DNA of 64,000 bases from a virus. A program made the position numbers and the translations under genes. The stretch lies in the IMG/VR virus record IMGVR_UViG_3300023184_006193, positions 14,834-78,833 of that record; one strand, 5' to 3'. The notes beneath the pieces are model-generated. The model did no database searches, had not been told where the DNA came from, and saw only the letters and a list, made by a program, of their open reading frames with translations. Of this stretch, positions 57,761 through 64,000 are shown piece by piece. Position 1 is the stretch's first letter. Each line of letters opens with the position of its first letter.

Positions 57761-58104
57761 AATAATGTTGGCGGTGGTCTTTTACCTTTTCTTTTTTTAC
57801 TCCATTTATCTAAATATGCAGTTTTTAACTTATCTTCTCCAAATTTATCTTTTCTTTTCTCAGAAAGCTCTTTACTTCTATCCCATAATTGACCAACATT
57901 ATCTTTTTTATTACGAGTTTTTTCTGCAAATTCCTTAGAAGTACTGAATGCGTCTAATTTTGTATCAATACCAACTTGAGGCACGGTAAATATTCTATTC
58001 CATTTTAAACCATTTTTATCAATATAAATATGGTCATCATTCACAGATTGAATAATTTCTATGATATCCTTTGTCTTAGGATTTTCATAAATATATACTG
58101 GCAT
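57757..58104 (-). CDS. FmdB-like protein (Cys-less zinc-ribbon variant)
   Basis: MPVYIYE...RIFTVP pattern. Confidence 0.5.
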   Translation of the reverse strand: MPVYIYENPKTKDIIEIIQSVNDDHIYIDKNGLKWNRIFTVPQVGIDTKLDAFSTSKEFAEKTRNKKDNVGQLWDRSKELSEKRKDKFGEDKLKTAYLDKWSKKRKGKRPPPTLL

Positions 58105-58110
58105 ATATTA

Positions 58111-59196
58111 TTATATATGAGAAATAATATTTTTATATAATAAATCTGAAGTAAATTTATTTTGTAAATCTAGACCAGATTTATTTAATCTATTAGATAA
58201 TACTTTTTGCGTTGCTAATTCGCATGCACTCAAGAAATCATCTTCTGAAAAATCAAAAATTGAACCTTGATTGTAGGGTGCTCCTTTTTGAAAGAACATA
58301 TTATCGTATGCTTCAATTTTACCATTAGGTTCAACTAATATAGAGTTCTCTTCATTAGCCCAATCTTTATAAGCATGAGCATTCAATATAATTCCATATT
58401 TACCTAAAGCTACAGAATGAAACTCTGGAAGACCCCAGCCTTCACCACCACTCATTCCAATAATAATATCTCCACTATTTAAATAGTCATTATAAGCAGT
58501 ATTTGTAGGCATATAATTAATAAAAGATATATTAAAATAATTTTTACCTTCTAAAATAGAAGCGATTAAAGCTTGTTGTTGCTCTGGTTGAATAAATGGA
58601 TTAGCTATAGCACATTGAAGATAATATTTTTTATTATTACCATATTTTTTAAGCCAATTTTGAATTATTTTTTTATGATGTTTTCTTTTTTCTAATTTAC
58701 CAACTAAATTAAAAACTATACGGTCATCATTAAAGTATTTCTTATCTTTTTTAAAGAAATTATATTTATCAAATGCTAATGGTACAAAATGAAGATTCTT
58801 ACAACCGTAAGACTTGAATAGCTCTATTGTATAATTTGAACTGAATATAACTTTATGGTTATTTTTTACAGTATTTATTTCAATTGGAGTTGGCGAATCT
58901 AACTCATAAAAAGAGAACAATATTTGTTTTTCAGAAAAACTATCTAAAGCTCCGTTTAGATGCCATAATTTAAATATTGGATTTGATCTATTGTGAACTG
59001 CTAGAGCAGAATTTACAGATTTTTGTAAAATTCCTAAATATTCTTGAGGAAAGTCTGTCTGGCTACCCAAATCCACAGAGTTGCCAATTACAAATGTAAT
59101 AAATTCTTTATTATTTTTAATAAGCTCTCTAATTAAAAGAGTGCTGGTTTGACCAAAACTAACTGAATTTATTGGAACATTTAATACTAAACTCAT
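58111..59196 (-). CDS. GT4 glycosyltransferase
   Basis: SVSFG, FYE, VGKLEKRK, SGGEGWGLPEFHSVALGK. Confidence 0.88.
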   Translation of the reverse strand: MSLVLNVPINSVSFGQTSTLLIRELIKNNKEFITFVIGNSVDLGSQTDFPQEYLGILQKSVNSALAVHNRSNPIFKLWHLNGALDSFSEKQILFSFYELDSPTPIEINTVKNNHKVIFSSNYTIELFKSYGCKNLHFVPLAFDKYNFFKKDKKYFNDDRIVFNLVGKLEKRKHHKKIIQNWLKKYGNNKKYYLQCAIANPFIQPEQQQALIASILEGKNYFNISFINYMPTNTAYNDYLNSGDIIIGMSGGEGWGLPEFHSVALGKYGIILNAHAYKDWANEENSILVEPNGKIEAYDNMFFQKGAPYNQGSIFDFSEDDFLSACELATQKVLSNRLNKSGLDLQNKFTSDLLYKNIISHI

Positions 59197-59495
59197 AGAA
59201 TATCATCTTCTACTTCTTCTACGATAGGCTTGCTCTTTTGCATAGCCTTAACTGGAGCTTTAGTAGGAGTTGATACTGAAGCTTTATTTTCTAAAGGTTT
59301 AGAAATATAAAGTCTATAATCTGGAGCTTTTTCGTTTGTCTTTTTACTATTAGCAAAAACTACGACATCAATTCTTTGACCATCATGATCATTAATATAT
59401 CCAGATAGGAAAGACATTCCAGTTTTGCTCTTCTTTTTCCATAGAGCACCAAGTTCATTTTGATTTTTATTTGTATTTTGAGTTGTATTATTCAT
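59193..59495 (-). CDS. DUF736-like small protein with an acidic tail (possible ssDNA binding)
   Basis: LGALWKKKSKTG..FLSG.I, N..K..EKAPDYRLY, EDDIL. Confidence 0.7.
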   Translation of the reverse strand: MNNTTQNTNKNQNELGALWKKKSKTGMSFLSGYINDHDGQRIDVVVFANSKKTNEKAPDYRLYISKPLENKASVSTPTKAPVKAMQKSKPIVEEVEDDIL

Positions 59496-59501
59496 TTTTA
59501 T

Positions 59502-59530
59502 ATTGTATCTACTTTATTAGATTTTGTCAA
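59502..59530 (-). promoter_or_regulatory. Sigma70-type promoter, predicted leaderless
   Basis: TTGACA-17-TACAAT-6 nt-ATG(59495). Confidence 0.78.
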
Positions 59531-60122
59531 AACAATTTTTACTGTTAAATTTAACTTTAAGTAATGCAATAGCTTTATTATGTAGATTAATTGCAGTTTG
59601 AGTGCTAATATTTAGCTTTTTACCTATTTTCTTCCAAGGCATATTCTTTTTATTATTAAAATATCTTAAATTATATATTTGAGATATCCTTTTGTCTTGC
59701 AAAGAGTTTAGTATATCGAATATATATTCTTTAACTTCTTCTTTTTTTATTTCATTTTTTAAAGCGTTTTTATCTATATGATAAATCAAATCTTTTTCTT
59801 CCATTGCTATAGTTTTATTATTATCATTAAGTAAATTTAAGCATTGATATCTTACTTGATTATATAACCAAGTAGAGAATTTAGATTTTTTATCTGGATT
59901 AAAAGAGATAGCAGATTTATATACTATATAATCTTTATCTTTTTTAACATCATCTATAAATATTCCAGAACAATTTAAAGCATTTGAGTATTTATTATAT
60001 ATATTATTACATAGTGGCGAATGCCTATTAATTAATTCTTTAAGGCAAAATTCATCATTATTGATCTTAATGCCTTTGATAAGCTCTTCGTCAGTTTTAG
60101 TTATTGTTATTGTGTTTTTCAT
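59517..60122 (-). CDS. Phage-encoded sigma70-family sigma factor
   Basis: Region 2: ELINRH...FNPDKKSKFSTWLYNQVR. Region 4 HTH: IYNLRY...WKKIGKKLNISTQT....HNKAIALLK. Confidence 0.9.
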   Translation of the reverse strand: MKNTITITKTDEELIKGIKINNDEFCLKELINRHSPLCNNIYNKYSNALNCSGIFIDDVKKDKDYIVYKSAISFNPDKKSKFSTWLYNQVRYQCLNLLNDNNKTIAMEEKDLIYHIDKNALKNEIKKEEVKEYIFDILNSLQDKRISQIYNLRYFNNKKNMPWKKIGKKLNISTQTAINLHNKAIALLKVKFNSKNCFDKI

Positions 60123-60709
60123 ATTTTTTTAATTTGTAAATATTTTTCGTAAACATTCTTTAATTGTTTTTGCATTAAATCATACAAGAAATTAACATCT
60201 TGACAAGTTTCCCAAGATATTGCTATATCTGCTACCGCTTTTAATTTATTGTCATTAGCTTTTTCTTCTACATTAGCTGGAGGAATTACAGAGCCATCAT
60301 CAAGTTTTCTTGATATATGTATTAATAATCCATTATGATTTTTAAGCCAAGAATATTCATCTTCTTTGTATTCTATATATCTTACGTCAGTAATTATAGG
60401 GACAATATCCTTTTCTATAAGTTTTTTAATTTTAGGATCAAGAAGTGATGTCCAATACTTGCCTTCAGTTTGAGCTCTTCTACATTTTCCATATGCAACC
60501 ATTAATGGTCTTACTAGCTCCTTTTCTGTTGGATTGCATTTAAATAAATCTATTTTAAATTTTTCTTTAGTGAAATCATTCAACTCATGTTTCAAGTCAT
60601 CTGCGAAAGCCAATCTTTCAGATTTTATATTTTTTTCTTCTAAATATTTTTTTAAAATAGAATAAAAAGTGTCCTTACCAGATCTAGCGACTCCAGTTAA
60701 CCCTATCAT
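60119..60709 (-). CDS. Deoxynucleoside monophosphate kinase
   Basis: IGLTGVARSGKDT, LAFADDLK, RPLM..YG, YW, IITDVRY..E. ATG at 60709 preferred. Confidence 0.88.
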   Translation of the reverse strand: MIGLTGVARSGKDTFYSILKKYLEEKNIKSERLAFADDLKHELNDFTKEKFKIDLFKCNPTEKELVRPLMVAYGKCRRAQTEGKYWTSLLDPKIKKLIEKDIVPIITDVRYIEYKEDEYSWLKNHNGLLIHISRKLDDGSVIPPANVEEKANDNKLKAVADIAISWETCQDVNFLYDLMQKQLKNVYEKYLQIKKI

Positions 60710-60710
60710 A

Positions 60711-61214
60711 TTATTCACTACTTCCTTCTGAAAAAGTTTCACCATCATAAGTTGGGCCACTACTATACTTTGGAGAAACATATTTATAATTACTGATTTG
60801 TTTTTGAATAGCGGTTTTTACGGAATTTAAATTTGGATCAATTATTTTAGCTTCAAATGGTTTATTAAAAATACTCCCATTAGAAGTATTTGTTGAGTCA
60901 CTATTGTACTTATAAGTTCTATACATTTTATCTCCAACAATAATATAGGTTGGAAATGGTTTAGATATAACAGATCCTCTTGATGAATTTGTGTCTCCAC
61001 TTGCATATCTATATTTGTAAGTTTCATAAACTTCAATTCCTCTGTGAGTCTTGAGATAATTATACTCTTGAAAGGGTCTATTAAATATAGATCCATCAGA
61101 TGAATTAGTGCTACCATCTCTATATTTATATGTTTCATATACTGCACCAGTTTGAGAAAATCCAATACTCATCGATGCAATTAATATGTATATGGTATAT
61201 AATTTATTTTTCAT
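60711..61214 (-). CDS. Secreted protein with three internal repeats
   Basis: Signal-peptide-like N-terminus and three copies of Y(E/R)TYKY...TN(S/T)S.GS...PF. Confidence 0.7.
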   Translation of the reverse strand: MKNKLYTIYILIASMSIGFSQTGAVYETYKYRDGSTNSSDGSIFNRPFQEYNYLKTHRGIEVYETYKYRYASGDTNSSRGSVISKPFPTYIIVGDKMYRTYKYNSDSTNTSNGSIFNKPFEAKIIDPNLNSVKTAIQKQISNYKYVSPKYSSGPTYDGETFSEGSSE

Positions 61215-61620
61215 ATTTATTTATGTTAACTCCATAATATTTAAAAATTTCCAAAGCATTTTGATCTGGTTCATAATCTTCTAAATATATAATATTTTTA
61301 ATTCCGTGAGCAATAATTGCAGTAGCGCAAGAAGAGCATGGAAGCAATGTACAAGCCAGAACATGTGGTTTATCGGTTCTTTTTATCAAACTCAAGGCAT
61401 TGATCTCTGCATGAAGAATATACTTTCTTCTAGCGTCCCTATCATCCCAAAACCCTTCTTTAGCATCAAACTTTGATGGTAAACCATTATATCCAACAGA
61501 TAAAACTCTGCCTTCTTCATTTAGAATACAGCAACCAACCTTTTTAAAAGGGTCTTCTGATCTCAAGGCCCAAACCTTTGCAGTAGCTAAGGCAATATTA
61601 GTGAAAGATGTTCTATTCAT
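61204..61620 (-). CDS. dCMP deaminase
   Basis: RSEDP..KVG, GYNG, HAE.NA, PCSSC. Confidence 0.93.
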   Translation of the reverse strand: MNRTSFTNIALATAKVWALRSEDPFKKVGCCILNEEGRVLSVGYNGLPSKFDAKEGFWDDRDARRKYILHAEINALSLIKRTDKPHVLACTLLPCSSCATAIIAHGIKNIIYLEDYEPDQNALEIFKYYGVNINKYEK

Positions 61621-61690
61621 GATTTTTAATCCACCAAAATAAAGATATTGATAGTCCAGCCATCATGCAGAATAAGTTCTGGTAATCCAT
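61613..61690 (-). CDS. 25-aa hydrophobic micropeptide (not in the ORF track)
   Basis: MDYQNLFCMMAGLSISLFWWIKNHE*. Its ATG sits at the predicted +1 of a sigma70 promoter and its end overlaps the deaminase start. Confidence 0.55.
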   Translation of the reverse strand: MDYQNLFCMMAGLSISLFWWIKNHE

Positions 61691-61696
61691 TTATAA

Positions 61697-61762
61697 ATAC
61701 TACTTTAAATATAAATCATTGTCAAATACAAACTTGACATTCTTTTCAAAATATAGTAATAT
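61697..61762. promoter_or_regulatory. Back-to-back divergent sigma70-type promoters
   Basis: On -: TTGACA(61725-61720)-17-TAGTAT-6-ATG(61690). On +: TTGACA(61734-61739)-17-TAATAT-7-ATG(61770). Confidence 0.75.
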
Positions 61763-61769
61763 ATTTGAT

Positions 61770-62873
61770 ATGATAAATGAATTTAAAGAAGCATTAAGTT
61801 ACGATGATATTTCACTTCTACCAAATTTCTCGGATATTACCTCAAGAAAAGAAGTAGATACTACAACTAAAATTTCAAGGAATAATTCTATTAAAATTCC
61901 AATTATATTGTCTCCAATGGATACTGTTTCTTCTGTAAAATCATGTATTAAAATGAATAAAATTGGTGCAGCTGGAGTGCTTCATCGTTTTATGTCGATT
62001 GACGACCAAAGATCAAAATCAAAAACAATCAAAGATGAAAGCGGATTTTCTATAAATGCGATTGGATTAAAAGATGCCGAAGAAAGAATTAGAGCTACTA
62101 GCACATATACTGATATTTATTTTCTTGATACTGCCAATGGGTTAGCAAAGAATGTAGAAGATTTTTTAAGATGGTTTAAGACAGCTAACTTTTCTCAAGA
62201 TATCATAGTTGGAAATACATTAACTAAAGAAAGCGTATATAGATTAGCAAATTTAAAAGCAGATGGCTTTAGACATCTTATTGGTCCAGGCTCAATGTGC
62301 TTAACCCAAGTTAAAACTGGAATTGGTTGTCCAAGTTTGACTGGAAATTATTACGCTTGGAAAGCTATAAGAAATTGGGAATTATCTCAAGTAGATCTAT
62401 TTAAACATGATAAACCAAATCCAGAACATAGACCGAGTATTTTAGCTGATGGAGGCATTAGATATCCAAAAGATTTAGTTAAAGCTATTGCTAGCGGTTG
62501 CGATGCTGTTATTTGTGGAAGAATATTTGCTGGCCTAGAGGATGTTATGGATGATGAGGATATAGTAGAAAAAAATGGAGTAAAATATGCTAAATATAGA
62601 GGTATGGCTAGCAAAGATGTAGTAGAAGATTATGAACTACATGATGGCACAAAGAAAAATCTTTTTGTAGAAGGAGACAATACTTTAATTCCATTAGCAA
62701 ACAAATCACTAGAAGATGTTGTTTATGATTTTACTAATGGTTTAAGAAGCGCAATGAGTTATCTTGGCTTTAGATCTCTAGAGGAGATGAGGGGTGGACT
62801 TTGGACAAATAAAATTGTAGCAGTTAGAACCACCGCCAACAGCATGTACGAAGGGTTTGCTCATGGAAAATAA
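61770..62873 (+). CDS. IMPDH/GMP reductase family enzyme without CBS domains
   Basis: LSYDDI.LLP, SPMDTV, GVLHR, DTANG, IGPGSMCLT, ADGGI, YRGMAS, VEG, GLRSAMSY.G. Confidence 0.92.
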   Translation: MINEFKEALSYDDISLLPNFSDITSRKEVDTTTKISRNNSIKIPIILSPMDTVSSVKSCIKMNKIGAAGVLHRFMSIDDQRSKSKTIKDESGFSINAIGLKDAEERIRATSTYTDIYFLDTANGLAKNVEDFLRWFKTANFSQDIIVGNTLTKESVYRLANLKADGFRHLIGPGSMCLTQVKTGIGCPSLTGNYYAWKAIRNWELSQVDLFKHDKPNPEHRPSILADGGIRYPKDLVKAIASGCDAVICGRIFAGLEDVMDDEDIVEKNGVKYAKYRGMASKDVVEDYELHDGTKKNLFVEGDNTLIPLANKSLEDVVYDFTNGLRSAMSYLGFRSLEEMRGGLWTNKIVAVRTTANSMYEGFAHGK

Positions 62874-63231
62874 TTTTTTATCTATAATTTATTCATCTTT
62901 CTTTTCAACTTTTATATTTATCATATTGTATAATACAAATGTTATAGTAGAATATTGTAAATACTTGCCTTTCTTTAAAGAAAAATTAAAGATAAAAGAC
63001 TATTTAGATTATCAAAACCTTACTGGAGACACTACTTTACTATATATACAATACTTGGCTTCCACTTATAATAATTTTTTTATTAAACTCATAAGTTGTC
63101 CATTATGCTTTGGATTTTGGGTTAACTTAATAAGTTTGCTGTATTTGTCTAATATTAAAGGAGTATTTATATCCTATACAATAAGTGTAATATTATATAC
63201 AATATTTAAAAAGAATTATGATACAATTTAA
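62863..63231 (+). CDS. Membrane protein, DUF1360-like
   Basis: Hydrophobic segments and KLISCPLCFGFWV. Confidence 0.65.
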   Translation: MENNFLSIIYSSFFSTFIFIILYNTNVIVEYCKYLPFFKEKLKIKDYLDYQNLTGDTTLLYIQYLASTYNNFFIKLISCPLCFGFWVNLISLLYLSNIKGVFISYTISVILYTIFKKNYDTI

Positions 63232-63514
63232 TTTCGTTACGTTTTTCGATGCAGCAGTACATTTTGATTTAGAATTTGTTAAAAAAGACACAACTTTTTT
63301 AAAATATTTTTACTTAATGATGCCTAAAAAAACATGCAATTGCCCAAATAAACCAAGAGTAAGATCTCTAGAAAACGAAAATCAAGCTTACGAAATATAC
63401 TTAACTTTTAAAGATACTTTAAATAAAGATTTTTTAAATGAATTTAAAAGTAAACTAGAGAATCAAGAGTTAGAATTTTTAGATAAAGAAAGTAAAGTTA
63501 TATTTAAAGTATAG
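63218..63514 (+). CDS. Hypothetical protein
   Basis: 98 aa with a CNC motif, overlapping the previous gene. Confidence 0.6.
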   Translation: MIQFNFVTFFDAAVHFDLEFVKKDTTFLKYFYLMMPKKTCNCPNKPRVRSLENENQAYEIYLTFKDTLNKDFLNEFKSKLENQELEFLDKESKVIFKV

Positions 63515-63525
63515 CCTTGGACTAT

Positions 63526-63924
63526 TTAGTTCGTCGGTGGCGGAAACCATTCTGGTCCTTGTGGAATCAAATTAGTTCCATCACCAACTGGATTTAAAAT
63601 TCCTGGATTAAAAATTCCACCATTATCAGTACTTCCTGGATCAGAAGATCCACAACCACCAGTTCCACCACCCTCTGGAGTTCCATTTGGTCCTGGAGGA
63701 AGTGGCGCTGGAGCTGGTCCAGGAGAAGGAAGCTGTGGGCTACTTCCACCTCCGCCTCCGCCCCCACCCCCACCTTGACTTCCACCGCTGTTACCACCCC
63801 ATTGTTGACTAGCCCATTGTCCAGCAGCCATTGCTGGAAGTATTCCGAATGACAAAGAAAACATGCCCAATTTTATAGATTTTTTTTCAAAAATTTTATT
63901 ATAATTAAGAAATTTTATTTTCAT
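63526..63924 (-). CDS. Gly/Pro-rich low-complexity protein with a hydrophobic N-terminal segment
   Basis: Poly-Gly run, PSPGPAPAPLPPGP, locally high GC. Confidence 0.6.
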   Translation of the reverse strand: MKIKFLNYNKIFEKKSIKLGMFSLSFGILPAMAAGQWASQQWGGNSGGSQGGGGGGGGGGSSPQLPSPGPAPAPLPPGPNGTPEGGGTGGCGSSDPGSTDNGGIFNPGILNPVGDGTNLIPQGPEWFPPPTN

Positions 63925-63925
63925 A

Positions 63926-64000
63926 TTATGTGAATCTTAATGTTAGATCATTTCTACTATTGTTACCTTTGTATATCATATAACCTCTTTTTATAGAGTC
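63926..64000 (-). CDS. Partial CDS (3' end only)
   Basis: Open frame DSIKRGYMIYKGNNSRNDLTLRFT* ending 1 nt before the next ATG. Confidence 0.45.
   Translation of the reverse strand, partial: DSIKRGYMIYKGNNSRNDLTLRFT

Noticed and set aside
5034-63797. Short antisense or nested ORFs in the track (e.g. 5034-5267, 8165-8419, 15536-15733, 34979-35266, 60842-61165, 63594-63797)
   Set aside because: They lie wholly within well-supported genes, have no motifs, and look like shadow frames.
1-64000. Stop-codon reassignment
   Set aside because: Genes are full length and tightly packed under the standard code, and TAA, TAG and TGA all serve as stops.
1-64000. tRNA genes, integrase, transposase, reverse transcriptase/DGR
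   Set aside because: None recognised. Intergenic gaps other than 53.14-53.61 kb are too short for tRNAs, and no template/variable repeat pair was noticed.

Overview
A 64-kb segment of a large, AT-rich tailed bacteriophage genome with a lambda-like non-contractile tail; the standard genetic code fits. 1-20.9 kb is the tail module. Tube, chaperones and a 2256-aa tape measure protein lie on +, the gpM/L/K/I/J-like tip genes lie inverted on -, and a second tube-like gene follows on +. 20.9-36.2 kb (-) is replication and recombination: annealing protein, putative SSB, Pol III split into PHP, DEDDh exonuclease and DnaE core, Cas4-like nuclease, primase, ThyX, DnaB and RecA, plus two glycosyltransferases. 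36.2-53.1 kb (-) is a ~17-kb, 21-gene glycan biosynthesis island. 53.2-53.5 kb is a GC-rich, structured non-coding element with its own sigma70-type promoter upstream of nrdAB. 53.6-64 kb holds nrdAB, a SET-domain protein, a phage sigma factor, dNMP kinase, dCMP deaminase and a GMP reductase/IMPDH. The best leads are: (i) the unassigned structured RNA; (ii) a two-tier transcription logic, with sigma70-type promoters that would give leaderless mRNAs for early genes and a GTGTAA motif before structural genes; (iii) the glycan island, with an unusual epimerase/kinase/nucleotidyltransferase/phosphatase set and a split GT9. All calls come from reading motifs by eye; no searches or folding programs were run.
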